A DNA stretch of 64,000 nucleotides, taken from the IMG/VR virus record IMGVR_UViG_2061766007_000765. One strand, written 5' to 3'. Under the pieces are notes generated by a model that had not been told where the DNA came from, did not search any database, and saw nothing but the letters and a program-made list of their open reading frames with translations. A program made the translations under genes and the position numbers. The stretch is from an uncultured virus (IMG/VR IMGVR_UViG_2061766007_000765). Lineage: Duplodnaviria > Heunggongvirae > Uroviricota > Caudoviricetes. Below are positions 11,269 to 21,968 of this stretch, in pieces (the stretch's first letter is position 1; each line of letters begins with the position of its first letter).

Positions 11269-11503
11269 ACCAAGTTGACTCTCCGTAGACGTTAGTCACA
11301 TCAATTCGTAAAGTGTCAATTGCATATCCTTTCTTGTTTCTTAAGACTTCGATAGTAGAAGCAAGTCTGTGATTGTGCAGATGATCTTCAGCTTCATTAG
11401 CTGAAATGCTGCCGTGTTCCGTCATATAATCAATGACTCTTTTCTGAACTGCAGTTAATGTAGCACCTGTAGGTGACAATGTGTCTGTTTTTCTTGTTGC
11501 CAT
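11231..11503 (-). CDS. winged helix-turn-helix DNA-binding protein
   Basis: QKRVIDYMTEHGSISANEA...RLASTIEVLRNKKGYAI is a common phage HTH pattern. Confidence 0.75.
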   Translation of the reverse strand: MATRKTDTLSPTGATLTAVQKRVIDYMTEHGSISANEAEDHLHNHRLASTIEVLRNKKGYAIDTLRIDVTNVYGESTWYGRYVFSKSKKH

Positions 11504-11513
11504 TTGACCCTCC

Positions 11514-13023
11514 TTACTGTCTGAATACAACTAAATGATTTTTTGCTCTAGTATAAGCAACATATGCAAGATTGTTCATCTCTTCGGTTCCTAACTGGAA
11601 CATAGTGTCATTTACTCCCATTACATATACAGTATCATATTCTAGACCCTTACTGCTATGTATTGTTCCGCAATATATCTGAACTTCAGCAAGCTTTTCA
11701 AGCTGTTCTTGAATACTTTCAACAATCTCTCGATTAGAAGTAGAAGCATCTCCTTTAAATACACATTTAGTTTTTGCTCTTACTACTTTGGCAATTTGTT
11801 CAAATTTAGCTTTAGGAGCCTGGTTTGAAGCTGCAATATTCCTTATTTCTATAACCTTTTCAGCATAATGTCTAATCATATAGTTATTACTATATGTATT
11901 TAAGAACCACCTTATATCTGGATTTTCTTCAGCTTGAGAAAGACGAATATAATCTCCATAGTCTTTAGCATCAAGTTTAGCAGAAAGCCAATCNNNNNNN
12001 NNNNNNNNNNNNNNNNNNNNNNNNNNNNNNNNNNNNNNNNNNNNNNNNNNNNNNNNNNNNNNNNNNNNNNNNNNNNNNNNNNNNNNNNNNNNNNNNNNNN
12101 NNNNNNNNNNNNNNNNNNNNNNNNNNNNNNNNNNNNCGTCTACTGGATGAGAATAGTCAGCAGCTGATCCGTATATTACTTCGACGTTGTCGCCGTCACG
12201 CTGACCTTCCATTGCTATCCTATATTCATCTTTAGCATACTTACTAAACTTGTTTGCAAATTCGCATATTTGGCGAGTAGATCTATAATTCTTATATAGC
12301 TTAATAACTTCCCATCCAGGAGTTACTGCTAGCTTCTTAACAAATTCATTAGTGCAATTTCTAAATTGATAGATACATTGCAGTGCGTCTGCACAGAGCC
12401 AAAAATTAGTAGTTTCTGGAAATGAACTAACAAACCGGAATTGACGTCTATCAGTATCCTGAAATTCGTCTAGAAATATATAGTGATATTTTTGCCTATA
12501 TTGTTCTATGCAATTATCTTTCCTCTCAAACAATTCTCCTACATTATAGCACATTATGTCGAAAGTAATTAGATTTTCTTTTCTAAGTTCCTTTGCAAGT
12601 GCTTTTTGAAATATCTTCTTTTCTTCTTGCTCTGATTTNNNNNNNNNNNNNNNNNNNCATCAGATAGTTTACAGTCTAACTGCAATTTTATCTTGGTACG
12701 GATTCGTTTCAATTCGTTATCATCACAGACCTGAGGAATCTTAGTATAACCTAACTTAGCTCTAACATCGGGGTCTTTGACTATAATGGAGTAGCAGAAT
12801 CCGTGAAAAGTTTTAAATTCAGGAACTCCTTTTGAAATGTCAAGCCCNNNNNNNNNNNNNNNNNNNNNNNNNNNNNNNNNNNNNNNNNNNNNNNNNNNNN
12901 NNNNNNNNNNNNNNNNNNNNTAGAAGTAGGATCTGCTCCATCTCGAATGAGCCTTTCTATACGACCTAACAATGTTTTTGTTTTGCCTGCGCCTGCGCCT
13001 GCAAGACATAGTATAGTCCTTTC
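11514..13023 (-). CDS. UvrD/PcrA-family SF1 DNA helicase
   Basis: LAGAGAGKT, TFHGFC, FLDEFQD, QCIYQFR, NYRST, TIHSSKGLEYD and YVAYTRAK motifs; start lies in a gap. Confidence 0.92.
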
Positions 13024-13248
13024 NNNNNNNNNNNNNNNNNNNNNNNNNNNNNNNNNNNNNNNNNNNNNNNNNNNNNNNNNNNNNNNNNNNNNNNNNNNNN
13101 NNNNNNNNNNNNNNNNNNNNNNNNNNNNNNNNNNNNNNNNNNNNNNNNNNNNNNNNNNNNNNNNNNNNNNNNNNNNNNNNNNNNNNNNNNNNNNNNNNNN
13201 NNNNNNNNNNNCTAACTCGAAAACTAATTTAAAGATAGGAGGAACAAC

Positions 13249-13566
13249 ATGGGAATTTCAACTCTGTTTACAGGACTAGCAATTATTTCATCATTAAACA
13301 TGCTTGCAACTGAAGGCGTTAAAAAGCTCCTTGATGAAGCTGGAATCAAGTATGCTACTAATCTGCTTGCTGTTATTGTAGCAATCATAGTTACAATTGG
13401 TGCAAGTGCATGCTACATAGTATATGCTGATATAGCTGTTACAGGCAAGGTTATTGTAGAAGTTATTGCAATGGTGTTCATGTCTTTCTTATGCGCTACT
13501 GTTGGCTTTGATAAAGTTAAGCAGACATTAGAGCAACTAGGTGGAAAGAAGACAGGAGAAAACTAG
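13249..13566 (+). CDS. putative holin / 3-TM membrane protein
   Basis: 105 aa, three hydrophobic segments, TEGVKK and GFDKVKQTLEQ motifs, charged C-terminus. Confidence 0.65.
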   Translation: MGISTLFTGLAIISSLNMLATEGVKKLLDEAGIKYATNLLAVIVAIIVTIGASACYIVYADIAVTGKVIVEVIAMVFMSFLCATVGFDKVKQTLEQLGGKKTGEN

Positions 13567-13584
13567 TTTAACATTCAGAAAGTA

Positions 13585-13632
13585 ACGCAAAAACAGGAGC
13601 ATGCATTTGTTGCAAGAGCTCCTGTTTTTGCG
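13585..13632. terminator. bidirectional terminator
   Basis: CGCAAAAACAGGAGC...GCTCCTGTTTTTGCG inverted repeat between convergent genes. Confidence 0.8.
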
Positions 13633-13642
13633 GTTAAAATGA

Positions 13643-14689
13643 TTAGAGAATAGCGGTATATTTGACAAATATAAGAGATTTAATTTCTTCTTTATCCTTA
13701 TCAGACAGCTTATTAAACATTTTAAATGCTACTTCATCAGTAAATGCTGATGCTATTGGATTGTTAACTCGAACAGTCTTAACATCTTTGTGAGATACAA
13801 GAGGAAGGGTTGCAGTCGAATTAACTTCTTGTTTATCCTGCTTATCAAGATTATCTGGATTGTCCTCAGTCTTGTCTATTTTAACTTTATATTTCTTATG
13901 TGCAGGCTTTGATGGCTGAGAAGGTGGGTCGATTAATTGAGCACCTAAAGGTTTTGTATCTATTTTCCTATTAACTAGCTCGCTCGGATCTACAATATGT
14001 GCAAGGAATTCTAAAGGAGTGAATCCTCCTAATGCAGGTGCAATTTTTTCTATTTTTTCATCAGGTATAGGAGTAGGTGAACTCCATCCCCAATTACCTA
14101 CACCTGAAGGAGTGCAATTAGCAATTAAAGCTACTTTTCGCTGAGGGACCTTAAAGTGTTTCAAAATTACAGCTAAGTTGTAGTTAGCAATCATCCGGAA
14201 CATTATCTTAGCAAGATTAAAGTAGAAATCTTCTTTAGTCAAAGAGTGTGGGTCAGCTTCTGCACAAAGATTTTTCTGAAGCACATCAAACAATTCACTA
14301 TTAAAAGCGGATTGTCCTTCTATCAATTGTGTGCAATAAGCAGCATCTTTGGAAATCCATTTAGACAACCTAGGGCTAAACATCATCCTTCCTTGTGAGT
14401 TGTCCATAACCCATCTCATAAATGCTTTAGTGATAAGCCTTTGCAGAGGCTTAGGGTAGCTATCATACTGCTCTACGACTGAAGCAGTCTTAAATCCTTC
14501 ATCAGAATAAACACTGGTATACGCTATATTTAATTTATAGCAGAATTCAGTCAATTCCTGTCGTCTGCACTTATCTCTTTCTAATGCTTCGAGATCGCAT
14601 GGATTCATGTCAGTTAATTCGAGAATGTCCTTACGAGAGAGCTGAGCTTCTTTCTGATACCGTTCAAAATTAGTTTTAAATGTTTGCAT
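13643..14689 (-). CDS. transcriptional regulator with XRE-like HTH domains
   Basis: FKTNFERYQKEAQLSRKDI and NLAVILKHFKVPQRKVALIANCTPSGVGNW are HTH-like; consensus sigmaA promoter upstream. Confidence 0.6.
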   Translation of the reverse strand: MQTFKTNFERYQKEAQLSRKDILELTDMNPCDLEALERDKCRRQELTEFCYKLNIAYTSVYSDEGFKTASVVEQYDSYPKPLQRLITKAFMRWVMDNSQGRMMFSPRLSKWISKDAAYCTQLIEGQSAFNSELFDVLQKNLCAEADPHSLTKEDFYFNLAKIMFRMIANYNLAVILKHFKVPQRKVALIANCTPSGVGNWGWSSPTPIPDEKIEKIAPALGGFTPLEFLAHIVDPSELVNRKIDTKPLGAQLIDPPSQPSKPAHKKYKVKIDKTEDNPDNLDKQDKQEVNSTATLPLVSHKDVKTVRVNNPIASAFTDEVAFKMFNKLSDKDKEEIKSLIFVKYTAIL

Positions 14690-14753
14690 TAATTTTTCCT
14701 CCTTTTGGATACGTTGATTGTTATAGATACAAACGATTCTTATCTACAATGTA

Positions 14754-14782
14754 ATTATATTATATAAATGGTGATTTGTCAA
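14754..14782 (-). promoter_or_regulatory. consensus sigmaA promoter
   Basis: TTGACA-17 bp-TATAAT on the minus strand. Confidence 0.85.
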
Positions 14783-14829
14783 GTACTAAATTTAGTGCAA
14801 AATAATGAGGGCTATTTCCAGCCCTCGTG

Positions 14830-15273
14830 CAAGAAGTAATTACTTCTTGATATATCCAGTTACAAGACCAAATCCGTGCTTCATGTATCTTATTTTATTA
14901 AACTCAGCTACTTCACCTTCAAATATAACTTGGCCTGAAATNNNNNNNNNNNNNNNNNNNNNNNNNNNNNNNNNNNNNNNNNNNNNNNNNNNNNNNNNNN
15001 NNNNNNNNNNNCCGATGTAGGTTTAATACTGTTGTCTACAACATTTCTAGCTTCATGCTTAGGTTCCTCTACATGCTTAACAGATACCTTAGCAGTAACC
15101 TCATTAGAATCTTTTTGTGGTTCTTCATTCACTTCTGCTGCTACAGGGCTAATAACTTCAATGCTGTCAGTACCATCAGCTTGCTGCTCAACAGCATTTA
15201 TCTCTGCAGGTTCTACAACTTCTTCTGTTTCCTCTACATTTTTAATAACTAAACTCTCTAAATATGCGTCCAT
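14830..15273 (-). CDS. acidic hypothetical protein
   Basis: MDAYLESLVIK... with AGGAGG RBS; 3' end uncertain because of a gap. Confidence 0.55.
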
Positions 15274-15282
15274 TTGTCCTCC

Positions 15283-15681
15283 TTATTCTACAGAAAACCA
15301 TGCCATCCGAAGTAATATATTAATGCGTATCACTTTGTGTTTAGGCAAGGTATTATTTCTGCATAACTTAAGTTTTCGTTGATTTATTGATTGTGCATAT
15401 AGTTTTCGAACTTCATCAGTTACTTCTTCATCTGAAACGTAACAAATATATTGATCTAATTCTGTAGGTTTATGATATACATATCTAATTGCCATTTCAA
15501 AATCTGAATAAGGGCACTTTCCATCTATAACCCATTCAAGCAAGTCTGATTCGTTTAGTCGATATTTTGAGTAGTCCTGGCCAAGCTTTCTGGCCCATTG
15601 AGATACTAAGTGTATAGCTAAATAACGATTTCCGCAGGACTTAACTAATTCGTTAAATCTGTTAAGCTGATCAATTACCAT
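15283..15681 (-). CDS. RNA polymerase omega subunit (RpoZ)-like protein with C-terminal extension
   Basis: FNELVKSCGNRYLAIHLVSQWARKL...LLEWVIDGK resembles omega (IDKLLEKVGNRYELVLVAAKRARQL...ALEEI..GK). Confidence 0.55.
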   Translation of the reverse strand: MVIDQLNRFNELVKSCGNRYLAIHLVSQWARKLGQDYSKYRLNESDLLEWVIDGKCPYSDFEMAIRYVYHKPTELDQYICYVSDEEVTDEVRKLYAQSINQRKLKLCRNNTLPKHKVIRINILLRMAWFSVE

Positions 15682-16156
15682 CCCACGGTACCTTTTCGAG
15701 ACGGGCGTTGTAATAACAAGTACATTTCTTACCGATACCCGAATCCAATGACTTGTTACCGCTTAATGGTCTACCACATATGCAACACTTTCCTGAATGG
15801 TATAGATTCATCAATCGTTTGTCCACTAGATCTTGACGATTAGCCATCTTCACAATGTATCTTGCACCTTTAACTGCCTCGGTATCTTCTCCGAAAGTAG
15901 ACTTAGCAGTGAGCCTGAATTCTGATCCAGAAAGCAGTCCTAAGTACATTCTTCTATTATCGTGTATAACATATACAAATATTGTATCTTCAGGAAAATC
16001 TCGTTCATTAACAGGTTTTAAAAATGCATATGAATGGGCTTTCCATGTGTTAGGATTAGCAAGTGTTACCGTACCTGCGCCTCCATGCAGATATCTGTAT
16101 ATAACTTTAGAATCCGTCATAAGCAAGTTATCTTTTCCATCAGGATTAAAAATCAT
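15671..16156 (-). CDS. DUF6011-type Zn-binding protein
   Basis: C-terminal HSGKCCICGRPLS...SLDSGIGKKC. Confidence 0.7.
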   Translation of the reverse strand: MIFNPDGKDNLLMTDSKVIYRYLHGGAGTVTLANPNTWKAHSYAFLKPVNERDFPEDTIFVYVIHDNRRMYLGLLSGSEFRLTAKSTFGEDTEAVKGARYIVKMANRQDLVDKRLMNLYHSGKCCICGRPLSGNKSLDSGIGKKCTCYYNARLEKVPWDGN

Positions 16157-16192
16157 AGGTTTAACCTCCTTTGGAACTGATAACGATTCTAG

Positions 16193-17553
16193 TTAAGTGT
16201 AAGCTAACACATTTTTGATTTCGGATATCAATTGGTCTAATTTAGCTTGTTCATCATGTTCAAGATTGACATAATATAATTCAAGCGCATCAAGCAAGTC
16301 ACTTACTATATTAGCTATCTCACGTTCAACTACGTCTATCACATCTTCGCCTTCAGTCTCGTAATCTGCAATCGGATTGAGTTTGAATTCACCTTCTAAT
16401 GCGAGTGTAGGAAAACATTTAGTATGGACCACAATCCATTTTGCAGAAACATCTAGCAAGTTTTCTATAGGCCACCATAAACAAGTACATGTGCTGCTGC
16501 CAGACCATGCTCTCTCTCCAACTGCCCATCTAAGCGAGTAAAGCTGTTTCCATACATGTGCAATTGACCTAAATAAATTCTTATACGTATCTGATATGTC
16601 AACACTAGGAATCCGTTCAACGTCGATATCTTCACCTTCATCAGTTAACCGGAAAGACTGCTCTACATTTTCAGGGAGTGAATTAATGAAATCATCGCTG
16701 TCAGCTATTGTATAAATTAATTCAGATGCTGCTTTGATATTGCATGACGCATGGATTGCTGTCAAGGATACTTCATTTGAACCTTTCTCTCGAATAAATG
16801 ATGCCTCTATTNNNNNNNNNNNNNNNNTAGAGTCACGTCGCTATCTGCACAATACTGCTCGATTACACCTTTCATTTCGTCTATTAACTCATCTTCAGTT
16901 AAGACGGTTCCGTCATCATCTACTAGCTCTACGTCATAGCTCTGCTCAGGAACGAGAACATCTTCCTGAGATTCTAAGTCGAGACCTGCAATAGTAACCT
17001 TGCAAGAAGTCATCCCGATTATGTCAGAACTTCCGAATCTAAGAAGTGCATTGAATGATTTATTGTTAGACTCTCCGTTAACAAGCATGTTTTTATCATC
17101 ATAATAATCCATAACAGCATTGATAAGCGTTCTCAATTCTTCATTGAGGCTATCATCGTTTGCATTTCTATCTTGAGGTTCTATCCTAGATAAGTTATTC
17201 TTTTCAAGCAGCTTATCAAGCTTCTTGTTAAAATCCTTTAAGTTAATGTTATCTATTCCGATTGCTTTCTTGTCGAGCTCAGAAGCATCAAATCCGGGAG
17301 CGTCTGTATTGATCTCTACATAGAAAGTACCTTTTTTAGTTTTTATCGGAGACAGCTTAATTGTGATAGTGTACTCTTTGCCATCGTTTGAAGTTACAGG
17401 GACACGAGTAACTTGTTTAAGCACTCCCATTTCCTCTTCATATTCTACAGCACCGTCTAATATCTTATCTATTCCTTTGAAGAACATATTTGCAATCTTG
17501 TCTAACAATCCAGCTGCTACAATATCTTCTTTTTGCTGATTAGATTCAAGCAT
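16193..17553 (-). CDS. acidic putative head/internal protein(s), probably one gene split by a gap
   Basis: ORFs 16807-17553 and 16193-16765 flank a 17-N gap; IVAAG, IHAS and IKAAS motifs. Confidence 0.5.
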
Positions 17554-17634
17554 AATTTCCTCCTAAACAAAAGACCTGCCCAGGGACACTGAGCCCAAGA
17601 CAGGTCTATCATTTGTTTTAATTGTTACAAACAA

Positions 17635-18000
17635 TTATCTGCGAGCGCGATTGCGAGAAACTCTGCGGGAAGCTCTAACGCCTCTCTTACCTGCAAGGGG
17701 CTTTCTTGTAGCTTCGAGGATCTCCTCGTCACCATCAGCCTCTACAACGTAAGCATCATCANNNNNNNNNNNNNNNNCTTCTTCAGCAGTAACGGATACT
17801 TCCTGACCGGTAACCTCAGCAACAAGCTCAGCTACGTCCTCAGCCTCGAAAAGAAGATCAGATGCTTCAGGAGCTACATCAACTGAAACCTCATCAACTA
17901 CTTCCTCAACTTCATCGTTAGCACGAACACGTCTGCGAGCTGCACGAGCATTGCTTGCCTTAATAGCACTCTTTCTAGAAACTTTCTTCTGAATAATCAT
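17635..18000 (-). CDS. putative prohead core/internal protein
   Basis: Basic termini with IKAS, VRAN and VRAS motifs around a highly acidic core; highly-expressed codon style like the capsid gene. Confidence 0.6.
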   Translation of the reverse strand: MIIQKKVSRKSAIKASNARAARRRVRANDEVEEVVDEVSVDVAPEASDLLFEAEDVAELVAEVTGQEVSVTAEEXXXXXXDDAYVVEADGDEEILEATRKPLAGKRGVRASRRVSRNRARR

Positions 18001-18030
18001 GACTATTCCTCCTTATAGATTTATGTTAAA

Positions 18031-18721
18031 TTAATTTAACGCATTACCAAGTAATTTGTTTTTCTTTGCATCGAGTTCTTCTCTTATCTTTGTTAGATCA
18101 GCATCGGCCTCTTGAAGTAAAACGTCTCCATCAAGCTCTACATTTGAACCAGTGATCTTATNNNNNNNNNNNNNNTTCTTCATATGGGCTTCGCTTAACC
18201 TAACTAAATAATCTATCCAAGTGTTATTCTTAATTTCAGATACGTCTTGAAAATCAGGAACATATCTTATTGTAACGCTTGCTGGACGAGGATNNNNNNN
18301 NNNNATTACTGGAATCGTAATCCCATTGGAAATCAGTAGATAGTGTATTTCTTACTTGAGCCATGCCCATTTCAGTAACGATTGGATCAATGTTTATTGA
18401 CGCAGTGTTTCCGATTGCGCTATAAACATTAACTGCAGCGGCTACTTGAAAAACGTTACCGCTATCAATGCTACTCATTGTTAATCCAATTCGTGGATAA
18501 GCGGGCATTACTCTTAGTACCTTGACTGTGTATATACCTACATCTGAAAGTTTTATTCTAGTTGCAAACGGGACTGTTTTCTCTACAGGTGTTTTAATAT
18601 ACCTTTTGAGCTCCCTAAAAGCAATTAAAACTGCTTTTTCTATCTGTAGGTTTTCCACATTATCATTTGCAGGTAGACCAAGCATAAAACTAACCTGGTC
18701 GACTATTTCTTCCATAGTCAT
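18031..18721 (-). CDS. neck/head-completion protein (T4 gp13-like)
   Basis: IVDQVSFMLGLP...VENLQIEKAV N-terminus and ELDGDVLLQEADADL..IREEL C-terminus resemble gp13; joined across gaps. Confidence 0.65.
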
Positions 18722-18764
18722 ATGATGCTGGCCTCCTTATTCATTAATCGCCATTTGCAATTAA

Positions 18765-19649
18765 TTAATTGCTCATAATAGACTGTCCGATAAATGTACC
18801 TCTGTCTTGATCTTCGTAGATATTGATAACTGTATTCAGATCTGTATCATCAGTTAACCTATTGAGCTTAGTTCTACTGCCCTCGCATACAACAATCGCA
18901 TTGTCTGTCATTTCTTGCATATCAGTATGCCATTGTCTTTCAAGAGTTATGATTCCATCTATTGAAGATGTTTCATCCATCCATATCTGAATGAATCCGG
19001 AATCATCATAACCTCCGTCTTGACAACGCACATCATCAATGTCATAAGGTCGATAACTGACAACTGCAGTAGGGCAGCTAGGGTTATCCGACATACATTC
19101 TAACGTAGTTCCGTTTTTAAGCTCAACCTGCCCCCACTCGCATATTACTGCGGGTACATTCTGGTAAGTAGACATATCAGCTACATTGACATTATCTAAG
19201 ATCAAGCGACCTCTATTACAAATTGCGGGTTGATCTGGCGGTACTTCGCAAATCTCGTCATTATCTGGATCAGGATCAGCGAAAGAATACTGTGACTGAA
19301 TTCTACCGTTCATAATAGAGATAGTTGCTCCTTCGTCAATAAATAATCTTCCGTTATGGCTTCCGTTATATCCGGATATGTTAAGATTGTGATTGTTCAG
19401 ATCAATTGTTATGACTGTGCCTTCCTCAAAATCGTATGAATATAACTCCACGTCTCGATTTAGCACAACATGGCCAACTGCGCCAGCACCTGTAAGTGCT
19501 TCCTCTAGACTATCAAAAGATACACCATTGACCAGACAGGCAGGCTCAGAACCTTCACCTTTACCGTCTGGCTCCTCATCAGCTCCGGAACTAGGACTAT
19601 CTCCAATTCCGGAGCCTTGAGTATCGTCTTTCGTTGAAGGCTGAATTAG
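18765..19649 (-). CDS. beta-helix/adhesin-like domain, probably expressed as a -1 frameshift extension of the 19646-19996 gene
   Basis: Frame is open from 19649 with no upstream ATG/RBS; G/S/D/E/P linker then ACLVNGVSFDSLEEAL...VVLNRDV...TIDLNNHNL. Confidence 0.7.
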   Translation of the reverse strand, partial: LIQPSTKDDTQGSGIGDSPSSGADEEPDGKGEGSEPACLVNGVSFDSLEEALTGAGAVGHVVLNRDVELYSYDFEEGTVITIDLNNHNLNISGYNGSHNGRLFIDEGATISIMNGRIQSQYSFADPDPDNDEICEVPPDQPAICNRGRLILDNVNVADMSTYQNVPAVICEWGQVELKNGTTLECMSDNPSCPTAVVSYRPYDIDDVRCQDGGYDDSGFIQIWMDETSSIDGIITLERQWHTDMQEMTDNAIVVCEGSRTKLNRLTDDTDLNTVINIYEDQDRGTFIGQSIMSN

Positions 19650-19996
19650 TTTTTTGTTACAGTGATTTCGAAGCCCTGGTCAGCAACTGCGCCAGTGCTA
19701 ACAATCTCATCAAGATACATGATAAGCTTCTCGTCTTCGGTATCGAATTCATACTCTCCCTCAGCTACTGCAAGCTTAAGAGCTGCAATAAGTCCGGGAT
19801 GAGCTACGCTGTCAGCGAAGAACTTCTGAATTGCCATGCCCTCACCAAAACCATATACGTTAGTATCATAATAGGTTCCGTCAAAAGGAGCAAGGTCAGC
19901 AGCTGCATTAGTAGGAACAAATACAGCACAGATCTGAGCTACTGCGTCAGCTACGGGAGCAGAGACAGCTGTGTAAGTAATGGTAATTGTTGCCAT
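19646..19996 (-). CDS. small virion structural protein (possible head decoration), 116 aa
   Basis: MATITITYTAVSAP..., AGGAGG RBS, AACCTTAAATA motif upstream, ends in slippery A AAA AAC TAA. Confidence 0.65.
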   Translation of the reverse strand: MATITITYTAVSAPVADAVAQICAVFVPTNAAADLAPFDGTYYDTNVYGFGEGMAIQKFFADSVAHPGLIAALKLAVAEGEYEFDTEDEKLIMYLDEIVSTGAVADQGFEITVTKN

Positions 19997-20102
19997 CTTT
20001 TTAACCTCCTTGAAAAATGTAATGTTTTTGATTATCGTTACATTTTTTCGTATCTTATACCGCATAGGTATCTCACGCCTATGTGGCTATCTCATAGTAT
20101 AT

Positions 20103-21837
20103 TTAAGGTTCAGACTTTACAAGTAGATTTGGTGAAAATCCGAAAACCTTTTGACCGCAATCGTATACAGGCAACCACCCATTTTGTAGCATCAGTTCTT
20201 CGTTCGAAGTACCCTTTCCGAAGTCAGTATTAAACAGCTGATCGTATCCTCGTTGTCTCAAGAGATTGTCCGTAATCTTATCAGACCCCTTAGACCATAC
20301 CTTTGCAGGTGAGCTTTCTCGCAACAAAGTCATACCTAGTTGTGTGTATACGTTACCTGAAAATTTAGATTTGTCGCAGTAAGAAATGATTGAAGATGCA
20401 GGATTCAATTTAACAAAATGTGAAAAAAGTTTAGAAGCCCCTCCTATGACTGTAAGTCCTCTCTGAGTGCACAATCTAAGTAGCTCNNNNNNNNNNNNNN
20501 NNNNNNNNNNNNNNGGATGGCCCTAAAGTCATCACTTCAATCAGCTTATTTTGATAGAATAGTCCAAGCAAAACAGTTGCCCCTCTGCATTGTCCTTGTA
20601 TGTGATTTGCATCTATGAATTCGTTAGCTGCTTGAGGAGAAATTTCTTTGACCTCACAGGTTCGAGCAAATACTCTTTGTTTAAGATTCAGTAAATCAAC
20701 AACATCTTCCCATCTGTCCCAGTCAAAAACATGAATGCATCTATAACCATATTTAGCAGCTACAGCTGTCTTTCGAAGATGATAGTCAGCTTGTTTAGGT
20801 TGCCCATTTTCAAAAATGCTTATTGCTGAGTTGTGCGTAATTGTTGGGTTCAATTCAATCAAAGTGTCACCGACCTTAAAATCAAAACTGTAATTTTCTA
20901 AAGGAAATTCTGATTGAAACTGAAGAGAATGCTTAGTAAGAAATTGACCAAAAGCTAAATTCAACTTAGAAACAGCTTTGTAGTTTCTTGCCTCTTCGCG
21001 CATGCATGCCCAGGGCACACCAAATTTTGTTAAACAAGTCTGCGAAACTTTTTGTTTAATTTCCTCAAGCATAGAAGGAGATGTTACTCCGTACCTTGCT
21101 ATATTTTTCTGTCTGAGAGAAGCTTTAATTTCAGGAACTTGCATAACATTATTAGTCCCGTATCGTTCTGATACAGTTTGTTGGATTTTAGATTTAACTT
21201 GAGTTGACTGAGCAGGGTAGATTGTACCATATTTAGATTGATTGATTTGATTGCATCGCTCTTTGAAAGCAGAGCTGCTAAATTGTGTTTCGTATCCGTA
21301 TTTTTCTAAATTAGTTCGGCGAATCTTGCTTTCACATTCCTGTGTAGCCCTGTAGTTACTAACGCCGTATTTAGCAATGCAGGTCTCTGCAACTTTTTGC
21401 TTGACTGATTCAGCTTGAGAGACATGGTCAACTCCATATTTGATCTGACAGGTAGATTTGATCTTTTCTTTAACTTCAGAAGACTGAGTAGGATATAGTG
21501 TTCCTCGATTAAGCATACACGTGCATTCCGCAGAACAAGTTTGTTTAACGTTAAATCGGTCTACCTTAAATTCGTTACCACAGATGACACATTTACAATA
21601 ATGATCTTTGTTACAAGTCTTTTGTCCTTTCCTCCGAGAGTAAAACTCGTCACCACATATTGTGCATTTGCACAAATGCTCTATAGACGAATTAATATTA
21701 CTCTCTTTGCATATTTTTCGAATTGTATCAGCAGTAACTTTAAAGTGAGAAGCAATTTCAGCTTGAGTATGCCCCTGCTCAATCAAATTTTTTAATTCAG
21801 CTAATTGATTCTTTGAAAATGTTATCTTTTTGGGCAT
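20103..21837 (-). CDS. homing-endonuclease-like protein: HTH + Zn ribbons + KYG repeats + PD-(D/E)XK + Mom-like GNAT
   Basis: CxxC repeats, many (E/K)KYG repeats, FDFKVGDTLIELNP nuclease motif, IGGASKLF...ISYCDKSKFSGNVYTQLG; two track ORFs joined across a gap. Confidence 0.75.
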
Positions 21838-21918
21838 TTGCTTGTCTATCCTTTGATCTTTTATTTAGCGCCATTTAAATCTCCAGTAAAATATTTAACG
21901 ATTTGACTGACTAACATA

Positions 21919-21955
21919 AAAAGAGTAGGATGATAGACAGGTCATCCTACTCTTT
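21919..21955 (-). terminator. rho-independent terminator after tail sheath
   Basis: AAAGAGTAGGATGA-tagacagg-TCATCCTACTCTTT perfect stem. Confidence 0.85.
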
Positions 21956-21968
21956 AGCGTGTTATATT

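Noticed and set aside
19634..20233. Antisense ORFs such as 19634-20233, 32346-32531 and 55471-55854
   Set aside because: Shadow frames opposite well-supported minus-strand genes
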